Source: Girardia tigrina (lineage: Eukaryota). Taken from it: 64,000 nucleotides of DNA. The stretch covers positions 1 to 64,000 of the forward strand of contig MQRK01249724.1 in assembly GCA_001938485.1 (NCBI GenBank), in the 5' to 3' direction. This document shows, piece after piece, positions 14,190 through 26,716 of this stretch. The translations under genes and the position numbers were made by a program. Position 1 is the first letter of the stretch. Every line of letters starts with the position of its first letter. The notes below the pieces were generated by a model, which saw nothing but the letters and a program-made list of their open reading frames with translations, was not told where the DNA came from and searched no databases.

Positions 14190-14810
14190 AATCACTCTAT
14201 CCGTGCAACTCTGACTTGCCACACCAGTAACAATTATGTCCCTTTTGTCTAGATTTCTGTTGAATGGCAGCCATATTGTAGAATGATTCATAGGCGACAG
14301 TTTTCCATGGTGTATCAGAGTTGTATCGATTGAATCTTCAGCCATAAATTTCTTGCCAAACTTTCGCATAATAGCGAATTATCTGCATATATTTTTATGT
14401 GTATCCTCTTCCAACAAAATTCTGCAAAATGCATCTCTCAGTGGCTCATTCACGAAATTAACTGGAAATTTACAGAATTAAGAAATTTGACGAAGATGAC
14501 TTATAAAATCAGCGATTGATTGTGATTCAGTTAACTGAGCAGAATACAGATGGGTTCTTTCAAATAATTTATTCTTGTCCGAAAGAAAATTTTCATCAAA
14601 AAATTTACGACACGGTTGTTTTTCCTTGTCAGTCAGATTTGGCCAATTAATTTCATCGTAATACGTAGAAACTTTTGTACCCAGACAGCAATACGTTCAA
14701 TTTGTCTTCCTTGTTAACTTTCGCTACATTAGCAAATCTTTCAAACTGTTTGACAAAAACATCAAAGCCTTCTGTCGTCAAATCTATGAGAGTAGTATGC
14801 CCAATTTTAC
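14190..14810 (-). mobile_element. LTR retrotransposon gag-protease relic
   Basis: GFDVFVKQFERFANVAKVNKEDKLNVLL (gag N-terminus-like) followed by AEDSIDTTLIH (decayed D[S/T]G protease-like motif). Confidence 0.5.
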
Positions 14811-16129
14811 CATTTTCAAAGAATGATTGAATAATAAAGTAACGTAAATTTAATACAATGATTATATATTTAGTATTCAATATACGATAATAGAGAATAA
14901 TAATCACAAAACATAAACGGCGATTTTTTCCCATTTATACAAATATTAATTGTAACATTAAAACTGCAATACATACGAGTTGTTCACAAAGTTTTGAATT
15001 TGTATTCCAATTTCAAACAGATTAATTAAATTTTAATTTACAATATTGAATAATCTTTAAAAGAAATATTTGAACATCATAAAATATTGAGAATTTACAA
15101 GCAAGACCGTTTTGTGACACGTTTTATTTATCAACCCCAGATTTGATTTAATTACTGTAGTGAAACAAATTACACTTTAATTGCTTGAAAAACTTTTTTA
15201 AATTCAACAGCAAATTTGTTTATTAAGTGTTTACCTTCATCAAAACTCTACTCGTTTTTATAATGAACATCAAAGTTTCAATATGATAGCGTGTGATGCA
15301 TCGATAAGTTCATTAAACGATCGATGCCATGTTTCAAGAATTATAAGCTATAAATATTATTTGTTAAAAATTAATTCAAATAATTCAGTTTTTGATAAAT
15401 GGTACAATAAGAATAAATTTCACGACATATTGACTGAAACAATAATTGAGTATAGAAGGGTTTCGGATTTGGGAACAGCTATCATATAGCATCAAAGATT
15501 TTGGTGTCACGCTTTTAAACTACATCAGTTGATTGCGCCACGATTCATCAAGATTTCTAGGGCCACTACAGGTTGCCGTGATGCAGCAGCTACTTCTGAA
15601 ATCGAACTATTGTTTTGAACTAAGTCAGCGCAATCGATTTGCAATAATATATGACCATATCAGTGACATAATCTAAAAATTTTAGCTTGAAAGTCGTTAT
15701 TTTGTGTCGTAAATTCAATTCCAGTAAAATATCTATGTATTTGCATTAAACTCGCCAGGTTTCGAATTTATCGTTTGAAGGCGACTTCTTTCCTGTAACA
15801 TCTGAAAGTGAAAAAATAAGTTATTGGACGGAGGAACAATCTGTTGATAACATATGCGACAAAAGGTATGTATTGTGACGGAAGCATGATCATAGTATGA
15901 TTGAAATAGTAAAAGACGGAATGGGCTGAATAAATCGATTACCGCCTTAATGGACAAAAATGAAATTGACAAAGGGACAAAATGGCACAACAAACCTTGG
16001 CACACCCGAATGCATTGTAACAGTTTGCATAATTGAAATTAATGTAGTATATTACATATAAATTTAAAATAACATAAATAACTTAATAAATAGCTTGTAT
16101 CCGCCTCTGATATATGAAAATGACATATT

Positions 16130-16530
16130 TGTCGAGTCCGCCCCATTCTATGGACATTTTTGAGTCTCGAGTCATTTTGCATGATCCTGAGCCCCCAGGT
16201 TATAGGTAACCCCCTAATCATTTTATTAAGCTCGGCACTCGACACAATTCTCCATCTGACATATACGAGTTATACCAGACTTCAAGTTACCTTCGGGTTC
16301 AATCTGATACGAGTAGTCCCCGGTCAGAAGCAACAGGGTCCAAGGGGAATGAACTTTGTACACTATTTACACGGAATATCTTCTCAATTTCTCGCCTAAT
16401 GCAAATGAATGATACGATAGTACGGCCCATCACGCATCGTACGTTACATTTAAGACAATTATTATAAATCAAACTCAAAATTATACTCTACCGACTTTAT
16501 ACTTCTCATTTTAGACGACCCTGTAACGAT
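16130..16530 (+). mobile_element. LTR-like repeat family A, copy 1
   Basis: TGTC start; shares acatttttg, gagcccccag and ccttcgggttc blocks with the reverse complement of ~60930-61163. The 3' end is uncertain. Confidence 0.5.
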
Positions 16531-17639
16531 ATGTCATGTTAAGGTATTAGTTATATATACCGACCAAATTAGTTATATTTACCGACCTAACACTGGTTGA
16601 TCATCTCTGGAGGTTCACAATAATTAACATTCATCGAAGTCAAAACCACTTTATATTCTCTCAGTAAACAAGGAGGGAAATAACGGAGCAATTATGATAA
16701 TAGTTCATAATATAGGTTAGTTTATACTACAATAATTTATATTCTTTGTCGTTGAACACTAATACTTTTGCAAAGATGAAATTGTAACTCTTTGAGAGAT
16801 ACCGAATAGAGCGTTTAATAGGGGTTAGTATGTGAAAAGTATTCGTGACGTAACTACGGGACTCATTTATTTGATTTATATATTTATTATAAAACTGTCT
16901 TCTAACTATTTCCCCCATTAATAATCCGTTTATTGATCTACCTTCATATAACTCTCATCGATTGATGACTTTAATCAAAGGAAAACATCTTTTAAATATT
17001 AAACGGGGATTTTTATTCAAACTAATTTTACATTATACTGTTTAAAATGGAAAAATTCAAAATAAAAGAAGTGCATAAAAATTTTAATAAAGAGTGTCTT
17101 CAATTAGGAATGTTTTTAAACTCGAATTTATCGTATTTTATCAATTCTCTTATAAATTTTAATTTGATTTTAATTCAAAACAACCTTTTAGGTACTATTT
17201 CAACTTAATCAACAAACACAAACCAATAATCCCATCACCAATAAATTATTTGATGATTATTTAAATGTTAAGAAATTTTAGATATTATTTTGGCAAAAAA
17301 ATTTGGAATATCATCTTAAAAACTATTTCAGTGTATTATATATAAGATATCCAAAATCTGATCCTGACCAACTAACCATAGATTTTGATTTCCATCATGA
17401 ATCTATTATTAAACAGCATTTTTTATTTTTACGACCGAAAACGGAACAATTAGCTAATTTTTTATACAGATTAAAATACAAAATAAAAATTACATAAATG
17501 ATATTAATAATAAATTTTAAATCCAACGATCAATGATCGCTAAGCGATCAAAAGTATATATCAGTTTAAAAAAATCAATAAAAATTAAATGATACTGGAT
17601 TCAGTATTTTAATAATTCGGTTATTTGATTTATCTTGTC

Positions 17640-17782
17640 TAATTTACGTTCAAGAGAATTTCCAAATCAATTCCAGGAGAATATAAAATTGTACAGAATA
17701 GTTCTTTACTAATTTACGTTTAAGAGAATTTCCAAACCAATTCCAGAAGAATATAAAATTGTACAAAATAATTCTTGACTAA
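17640..17782 (+). repeat. ~70 bp tandem duplication, with a partial third copy near 17835-17860
   Basis: aatttacgtt(c/t)aagagaatttccaaa(t/c)caattccag(g/a)agaatataaaattgtaca occurs twice. Confidence 0.85.
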
Positions 17783-19134
17783 TTGTCGCACAAATATTTT
17801 TTGTGAAGAGTTTTTATATCTCAGTATAGCGTACGCTCAAAAGAATTTCCAAAACAATTTCCGACGAATTCTCGCGGTTGACTATTTACCAACAATACAA
17901 ATCTCGTTTTGACTAAAATTCTGTATATTATTGTACAATAAGTTGTAAGTTTAATTTTGTTTAGAATATTCTCACGATTATAATTAAATCCCATCTCTAA
18001 CTTTAGTTTTTATTTAATTATAGTAAAAAAATAACTATAATAGTTATAATAATATTAATCAAGCATTTCAAATCAACACTCAAATTAACATTGAAACATA
18101 AATAATATAAATATGATGTCTGGTAAAATAAAAAAGATCACAATACAAATTTCAATATAAATTAGTTCTGATAATAATAATAATCTGACATAATCCAAAA
18201 TCTACACTCAATTTAACACCGAGAAACAAAATAAATCAAAGATTCAAACAATAATATAAAAAATGGATCTACAAAAATCATTTAATCATCAAAAAATCAC
18301 AATATAATTTTATTGAAAATATAATTTTTTATATCAAACGACGCGATCGACCGCCTCGTATTTACTGATGGTGTTTAAGTCCTATAATTGCAACAATCAT
18401 TCCTCAATTAACAGAACAATTGACAACAACTTTTAGAACAAATTTTGATTTTGAAACGACGCGTAAAAGCTTCGAAGATAACCTATAAGTCAACGACAGT
18501 TAAGTCAAACGGTTAGATCCAACAGTACCAGACCAGTCGAGAGAACCTGAGAGGAACGATCGACGCTTCAACACAGAACGAGTCTATCGAAGAAAAGCGG
18601 CGGTACCGATACGTGAAAGATTCGGGATTGCAATTTGAGACACCGATAAACGAGCCGAGTTTAACGTTTGCGAACCGATTCACATACACCGACGAGACAT
18701 TCGACCAACCTCCGGATATCGAGATTACTATTAATTCTTTTTGTTTATTATTTTATTTTATAGTGTCGAAAATTTATTGCGTTTATCTGATTGTCAATAA
18801 TTAACAATAAATGTATATGAACCTCTTCTATTTTCGTTGATTCATCTAGAGTTTCAGTGATAACCCCGTTTAAGCTTTGGAGTTTTCTTTCACCAGCCGT
18901 CGTCGCCGTTCGAACTCTCAATGCGAATTAATATCGATGATTTCAAATCGTCGCTAACTCTAATGAGACAGATCAATACGACTAAAGGAATTGAAATAAG
19001 TTACTTTTGTCTAGAAGTATGCTTTCAAACCATATTTCTCGATGATTTCATTCGAGAAGTGCGAGAGAAATTCGATTATGACTATAAAATTATAAATTAA
19101 ACCACAATTTCTGATGATTTTAACAATCCAATTT

Positions 19135-20043
19135 CGTAACGCGACCTGTTAATGGATTTAGAGTAGTAAAACAAATAAATTTTTCTATCGAAATTATTTT
19201 CTTTTATCGTTTTATTATTTTGTGTTATTATTAAGAGTTTAAAGGTTATAATAAGGCAATTCGAAGGTTGTAAAAGTTTAAAATGATTCCAACGATTTTA
19301 CAGATTTGGCTGATTTTCCGATTCGATTAAAACTCCGAGTTAATTTTAGTGATTATCGACTCGAAGTACTAGAATAATTTGGGGAACCTGATGAAACAAT
19401 GATTGAATGAATTTAGCGATTTAATCAATTTACTCGATTTTGATTTTAATAATTATTTATGATATTGATGTAATTAACATGAATATATTCGACGTAAATG
19501 TAAATGACATTAATACAAATTATATAAATATGGATGACAATGATACAATACACAGTAAGAAAACAATGATTTTGCGGAAGGTGTAGAAGGACTGTTTGTC
19601 GATATGTTGTGAAATAAATGAACTACACAGTGATAACGACATATACTACTATTGCTAGCTAATGCTCCTATAAACCCAAGAGTGCCACAAGTTACGACAC
19701 AATGCCGCAGGTTATAAACTGACACAACAGTGCAACAAGTTTTTTTTTGCGAACTGAACGTAGACACGATCAATAAGTTTATTATGAAAAATAATATGCA
19801 AATCATCCCCGAGCGACGCTAAGCTAGGTGGGGGGCCCATAGCTCATCCCATCTTTAACTGAACCCAAAGGCCCCTTGAGCTTGTCACTGCTAAGCAGAT
19901 GTCAGCAAGATAGGAGGCGTCCGACCCTACATATCACATCGTTTAAAATAGGAATAAAATTACAATGGGTTGTAGTTGACCCTTAACAATCACTGGGAGC
20001 TCAAGAGTCATCAGAAATGTTCCAACTCAGAAGGGTCGTGACA
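19135..20043 (-). mobile_element. LTR-like repeat family A, copy 2
   Basis: 19803-20043 aligns with ~60925-61163 (atcatccccga...ggggggcccatagc...cactggg.gctc...gggtcgtgaca). The minus-strand start is TGTCACGACCC. The left boundary is approximate. Confidence 0.65.
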
Positions 20044-20783
20044 ATCCATAAAAAGAAAAAATAACAAAGATGTAATTACTTTTGTCCAACGAGAAAAATT
20101 TCGATAAATGTCAACAAAGCAATAACCAAATAACGATATGTCGTCTCTTTCAAATGATGTGTTAAATAATTTCTTCGTTTTTCGGAATCTTTCTATTTTT
20201 TTCGAAAACAATAAAATAGAATCTTGATTATAGTAATTGAAGAAAAAATTGATCTTCAGCTGTCTACGGAAATAAAATGAATATCGGTTTTCTTTATTCT
20301 TCTACATGCAATAATTTTGAAAAATCCAGTACATAACAATAAACAACAAAATTATAAGTCAAACTAGTTCAGTAGAAGAAAGTCGTAAAATAGTCTTTTA
20401 AGATTTTTTTATGTTGATTTGTGATTAATATATTGATCACTTTATGAATTCAAAATTTTATGTTAATTTCGCTTGAAGACTTAATGTCGTCAAGCATAAA
20501 ATATAAGTAATTATTTATTAATGAAATAATACATAAATAATAAATAGTTTAATATAAATAAATAAATAAAATAATATACTGTTGGGATTCTCTAAATAAA
20601 AAATAGTAAAATATATAAAATTAGCCTTCCGTTTTCCTAAAATAAAAATAAATCAAAAAAAAATAAATTAATAAATAAATAAATCAAATAAATAATCAGG
20701 ACGCATAATCCCATTTTAACCTTCCCTTTGTTTGAGCACATTGCTCAGGGACGCGAGGCGGTTAGTTGGGATAATATCAATGA

Positions 20784-21608
20784 NNNNNNNNNNNNNNNNN
20801 NNNNNNNNNNNNNNNNNNNNNNNNNNNNNNNNNNNNNNNNNNNNNNNNNNNNNNNNNNNNNNNNNNNNNNNNNNNNNNNNNNNNNNNNNNNNNNNNNNNN
20901 NNNNNNNNNNNNNNNNNNNNNNNNNNNNNNNNNNNNNNNNNNNNNNNNNNNNNNNNNNNNNNNNNNNNNNNNNNNNNNNNNNNNNNNNNNNNNNNNNNNN
21001 NNNNNNNNNNNNNNNNNNNNNNNNNNNNNNNNNNNNNNNNNNNNNNNNNNNNNNNNNNNNNNNNNNNNNNNNNNNNNNNNNNNNNNNNNNNNNNNNNNNN
21101 NNNNNNNNNNNNNNNNNNNNNNNNNNNNNNNNNNNNNNNNNNNNNNNNNNNNNNNNNNNNNNNNNNNNNNNNNNNNNNNNNNNNNNNNNNNNNNNNNNNN
21201 NNNNNNNNNNNNNNNNNNNNNNNNNNNNNNNNNNNNNNNNNNNNNNNNNNNNNNNNNNNNNNNNNNNNNNNNNNNNNNNNNNNNNNNNNNNNNNNNNNNN
21301 NNNNNNNNNNNNNNNNNNNNNNNNNNNNNNNNNNNNNNNNNNNNNNNNNNNNNNNNNNNNNNNNNNNNNNNNNNNNNNNNNNNNNNNNNNNNNNNNNNNN
21401 NNNNNNNNNNNNNNNNNNNNNNNNNNNNNNNNNNNNNNNNNNNNNNNNNNNNNNNNNNNNNNNNNNNNNNNNNNNNNNNNNNNNNNNNNNNNNNNNNNNN
21501 NNNNNNNNNNNNNNNNNNNNNNNNNNNNNNNNNNNNNNNNNNNNNNNNNNNNNNNNNNNNNNNNNNNNNNNNNNNNNNNNNNNNNNNNNNNNNNNNNNNN
21601 NNNNNNNN
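20784..21608. other. Assembly gap (N run); other gaps at 21905-21974, 23494-24160, 59873-60008
   Basis: Runs of N; ORFs spanning them are artefacts. Confidence 0.99.
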
Positions 21609-22336
21609 GGGCGTCGGATTCATCAACACCACATGTTGGTGCATATCATATTTTTTGAACATCCAGTGAACTTTTAAAAAGAATAATAATAATATTAAAT
21701 GCAAAAAAATAATTTAAATTTTTAATTCAAAATTTTTTATATTTTTGTATATATTTTACATGTATAAGCAAAAATTTGGTATAAATACCCTTAAAAGTTT
21801 GTCAAAATTAGAATAAAATATAAAAAGAGAAAGAAAAAACAAATAAAGAAGGAAAAATCGAACCGAAATTTAAACATAAACAAAAGAAGATTCTATATCA
21901 ATTANNNNNNNNNNNNNNNNNNNNNNNNNNNNNNNNNNNNNNNNNNNNNNNNNNNNNNNNNNNNNNNNNNNNNNTCATAATATTTGTTATTTGGTTTCAA
22001 TTACAAATAAAGTTACAATATCAATTATTGAGCTGGGTTCGAGCATCGAACAAGCAACGCAGCCTTCGATTAAAACAACTCAAATTATTATACCCAGCAT
22101 TAAACGTCTAAAACCCAACAATACTGAGTAAATGATACATAAATATACATAATAATTAAGAAGTAAAATGATACCAACATAATACATAAATAGTAAATAA
22201 TTTAATATAAATAAATAAATAAGTTTATACACTGTTGAAGCTAATTATTCCAATGAAAAGAATTGAAAGTTTGTGCTCCATCAGAAACTAATACTTTTTC
22301 TTCAATACGATACATCTCGTTTTTTAAACTTTTTTT

Positions 22337-22421
22337 GGCGTCGTAACGTCCCCGCGTCGAAATGTGCCAGCGTTGAAATGCCCCGGCGTCGAAACGGCTG
22401 GCGTCGAAATGTCCCGTACCC
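22337..22421. repeat. Array of five 15-16 bp GCGTCGAAATGTCC-type units ending in CCCGTACCC; probable complex TIR of a MULE (Phantom-like) element
   Basis: The GC-rich tandem units are seen directly. Family assignment is by resemblance to the repeat-containing TIRs of Mutator-like elements. Confidence 0.55.
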
Positions 22422-22750
22422 GTTTGACTTACTTGCTTCACTTAAACAAATGGAAGATGTGGAAGCAGTCTTTTCTCCACTTCAGCTCTTCAAATCAAAA
22501 GGTTGTAAACAACATGCTTTTAAAATATTGAGAGCCATTTTGTTAGTGGATTCATATAAAACTAATTTGTTTGAGTTACAAATTTCCACATTTTTTACGA
22601 TAAAGAGAAAATAAGAAAACGTGTGAAGTAAAAAATTCTATAGAAATTCAACACACATCACAAATTTTTATGTATTAAAACAAACTTAAAATATTTATAC
22701 AATAATTTCTAAATTACAAAAACGCCATTTATCGGTATAAATTTACTTTT

Positions 22751-22790
22751 GACAACATGTTTCGCCTTGACAGGTATCTTCAGGTCTTCT
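22751..22790 (-). ncRNA. Minimal type I hammerhead ribozyme-like motif (Penelope pLTR type)
   Basis: Minus strand gac-CTGAAGA-tacct gtca aggc-GAAAC-AT-GTT-gtc: CUGANGA/GAAA core, short stem II, palindromic ACATGT stem III and 3 bp stem I. It lies within an inverted repeat (22701-22972). Confidence 0.6.
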
Positions 22791-24160
22791 CTTTGATGTC
22801 TGTAAAGCGATATTTTATACTTGCTTGGTTGTTATGCAAGTGATATTACGTAACTCACGGATTAATTTATTGATGCCAATTAAAATATAAGGTGAAACAT
22901 GTCAAAAATAAATCTTATACCGATAAATGGCGTTTTTGCTATTTATTTCTTTCATTGCCATTAGAAATTATTGAAAATAAACTGGAAGTACTAAAAATAA
23001 TTTCTAAATTGATTTTTTAGCCTCACTTCGAGGATGTTAATAAGTTGTTAAAAATCAAAATGCTAAATAAGTTAATCTAAAATTGGATATCGAATTCTGC
23101 GGGGCAACATTAAGTAAATTAAGTTAAAATTTAAATAGAATTAAAATTTGATGATTAATTATTGGGCCACACAGCTTTTTTTGATTTATTTAGATTTAAC
23201 TGTTCTGATTGCAATAGAAAACATCCATAAATTAGTATGCCAATATTCTTTGTTTAAATCACAATGAATTTGCTGAGCTATCAAAGTATCATCAGCGTGT
23301 TTCTGATACCTTATTTACTCTTCCGGTTTAAGTATTCTGAAAGAAAATTGAAAATTACACAACCATGTAGTGCCAATGGGCAGTTAAATTTTTGAAATAT
23401 CCAGTGAATCATCAACGCAGCAGTTTCTCAGCAGATAGTTTCCAAACTGTCAACATGTTTTCGTTCAGTTATAATATATATATATATATATATNNNNNNN
23501 NNNNNNNNNNNNNNNNNNNNNNNNNNNNNNNNNNNNNNNNNNNNNNNNNNNNNNNNNNNNNNNNNNNNNNNNNNNNNNNNNNNNNNNNNNNNNNNNNNNN
23601 NNNNNNNNNNNNNNNNNNNNNNNNNNNNNNNNNNNNNNNNNNNNNNNNNNNNNNNNNNNNNNNNNNNNNNNNNNNNNNNNNNNNNNNNNNNNNNNNNNNN
23701 NNNNNNNNNNNNNNNNNNNNNNNNNNNNNNNNNNNNNNNNNNNNNNNNNNNNNNNNNNNNNNNNNNNNNNNNNNNNNNNNNNNNNNNNNNNNNNNNNNNN
23801 NNNNNNNNNNNNNNNNNNNNNNNNNNNNNNNNNNNNNNNNNNNNNNNNNNNNNNNNNNNNNNNNNNNNNNNNNNNNNNNNNNNNNNNNNNNNNNNNNNNN
23901 NNNNNNNNNNNNNNNNNNNNNNNNNNNNNNNNNNNNNNNNNNNNNNNNNNNNNNNNNNNNNNNNNNNNNNNNNNNNNNNNNNNNNNNNNNNNNNNNNNNN
24001 NNNNNNNNNNNNNNNNNNNNNNNNNNNNNNNNNNNNNNNNNNNNNNNNNNNNNNNNNNNNNNNNNNNNNNNNNNNNNNNNNNNNNNNNNNNNNNNNNNNN
24101 NNNNNNNNNNNNNNNNNNNNNNNNNNNNNNNNNNNNNNNNNNNNNNNNNNNNNNNNNNNN

Positions 24161-24209
<49 letters not shown>

Positions 24210-25771
24210 TCAGGTGCAAAAGTTTGTGAACGCTTGTTGTCTTTTGCACCCAACTGCAATTATATTGACAAAAGCACACCAAAACACAAAGATTTTATTA
24301 GAACATTATAATAAAGCAAAAATTTATCAAAATTTGTCATAACTGGCACATAAACCACGAAAAACCAGTGCATATTTAGTATTTACTGGTTTAAGAGTAT
24401 AAATCAATGGAAAAAAAGTTAACTATAACTGCTAGTTGGACATTCATTTATGTACAAGCTTTCAAATTTTGACTGAATAAATGTTAAAAGATTTTTTTCG
24501 GAACTAAAATAATTTATTAAATATTTTCAAAATCATAAAAAACAGTACAAATAAATTTCTAATCAAACCGAGATCATAGAGACATTTAAATCTGAATAAA
24601 GATCATGTACAAAAAAATAATTTTTATCACGCGATTATAATTAAATTGTATCCATTGATTAATAAAACTTTTGGGGACCCATAAACAAGGAAACTATCCT
24701 AATTCATTTCACACTTTGAACAGATTTAGCCATTTATTCTTTATCCAGTTCAATATCTCCAACGAACAAAAAGATCATCAAGTAAATTCTTGAACTGTTT
24801 TTCATTTCAGCTATTTCTTATCATAAAGGGCGTTTTCCTATTACTTACATCATCTTATCTATCCAACTGACAATACTTTTACTCTGATATTATATCAACA
24901 ATAATACAATGACTGCTCTGCCCGACTCTCAGGATGCCCAGAGTATCGGATGGAGGTAGTTTCATCGCGCAGCGTTGATATTCCTCGCTCTCAGAGTGCT
25001 GGGCCCATTTTAATTCACAAATTGTCGGAGACATATTAATGAATATTACGGATATGTTTCTTTCACGTCAACAAAAGAATTCAATTTCGAGGTATAATTT
25101 TTATTCAAAAAAATATTAGAAAAATGATGAATTCATTCGCATAATTGTCGATCGAGAAATTTTGATAAACAAAACAGATAATTCGTATATAATTCGATAA
25201 GTCAAATTAGTTGTTCATACAAATCCAATAAGCAAAAAAAGATAGTAGTTTAGTCCCGATCTATCATAAAATAATTGTTCATATGATTTCGAAAATCAAA
25301 ATGAAGCAGATAATAGCTCAAAATATAGATCAAACGAAAAAAATCGATGTTAATTTTTTGTTATTCACCATTCAATCGATCGATGGTTGTGCCTTCATTT
25401 CTAAATTTTAAACATTCAATCGGCTTTTTGGGTGGTCAGTAGATATAATAATACGTGTATAAGCCAAAATTAATTTAAAATAATTTTATTTCAAAAAAAA
25501 TAATTTTTTTTAAAAAAAATAATTTTAATCAAAGGCCACATCAAAGATGCGGCCTCCGAAAAACAATATTCTTCTAATAAAAAAAATAAAATTATTTTTT
25601 TTGAAATAAAATAATTTTTTTAAATTAAATTCAACTTATACACGTATTATTATATCTACTCTAAAATGGAAAAAAAAATTTTATTAAAATTATTTTTTAC
25701 AAAAATATTTTTTAAATTTTATTAAAAATTTTTTTACATAAAAATATTTTTAATTTTATCGGTCAATAAAA

Positions 25772-26645
25772 TTTTTAGCGCAATTTTCATACTGACAATT
25801 GCGATTATTAATTGGTTATCTCTGTGTGGATGGATGGATGTGTGTCCGCAGCTTTAAGTCGTATCTCCTCAACGAAGCAATATCGAGGGCTAGTTCCAAA
25901 AGCAAATATGTTAAGCAAGTTCGGAGGATGATTGTGGGCCAAAAAAAATTCCCGGAATTCCTTCCTGGGTTTCCCGGAAAAGCCAAAAAACCTCGAAAAA
26001 ATGCTGTTTTTGGCCTATATCTCGGCAACCAGACCACTTAGCGACTTGAAACATTTACCAATCGATTCCTACAATAATTTAGAACAATATTGCCGAAGAA
26101 AGTTTTCAAAAATATCCTTTAGTTCGGTCACAAAAAATTAATCATAGTCAAATACTGATATAAACGTTTTAATAATTAATAGACAACTATTAATTTCATA
26201 TGGATTTATTAATTAATTTTAATTAATTTTATATGGGCATTGTTTACTTGATGAAGTTGCTTTTTAGCGCAATTTACGAAAATTAAACCCCTAGATTGAC
26301 CCTCTTATCCTGAATATAAGCTTTTACTTGTGCGGATTATGCGGATTATCGTAATCCGATCAAATTCGGTAATTTTTTCATGGATGTGCTGTCGGATTAT
26401 CCAATATTCGAATTAAAGGCAGCAACAACAAACAATTTTCTAAAATTAATTTTGGTTAAAATTCGATTAAAATCCGCATAATTAAAGTTTCTTCAAGGAT
26501 TCAAATCGATAAGTGAGAATGAAACGAAAAAAAAAATCGTTCGGTCACCAAAAATTAATCATAGTCAAATACTGATATAAATGTTTTAATATTTTGGCAC
26601 CGAATAACATAAGGAAATTGCGCCTAAATTGTCACTAGACTTTTT
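25772..26645 (+). mobile_element. Non-autonomous Helentron (HINE/DINE-1-like) insertion within the left inverted repeat of the mini-element
   Basis: Starts in a T run (tttttAGCGCAATTT) with a nearby inverted copy (caattgcg) and a tgga-type microsatellite. Ends with an inverted AAATTGCGC plus a short tail and T run. A second start lies at 26261, and 26122-26173 repeats at 26540-26590. Confidence 0.55.
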
Positions 26646-26716
26646 ATTAACTTGTTTATAATTGGATCGATAAAAAAGCTTTAAAACGGAAATAAGTGAT
26701 AGAACTCTGTTTTTAT

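Noticed and set aside
20020-20040. Other CTGATGA hammerhead-like cores (also ~19389, ~41840, ~43742)
   Set aside because: No properly spaced stem II plus GAAA and cleavage triplet.
20728-21704. Long ORFs of 284-319 aa here and at 23392-24342, plus short gap-spanning ORFs at 59797-60027
   Set aside because: They are artefacts of translating through N gaps.
22337-22421. CRISPR-like array (also 28128-28390 and 29958-30115)
   Set aside because: Tandem units without unique spacers, no cas genes, and a eukaryotic context.
24207-24235. Tc1-like TIR (tagtcaggtgcaaaagttt) after (TA)n
   Set aside because: Plausible, but no partner TIR or convincing transposase could be tied to it because of the adjacent gap.
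25438-25660. Standalone MITE with AGTAG...CTACT ends
   Set aside because: No TSD (ggtggtc vs ctaaaat), and the inner arm continues as part of the larger element's inverted repeat.
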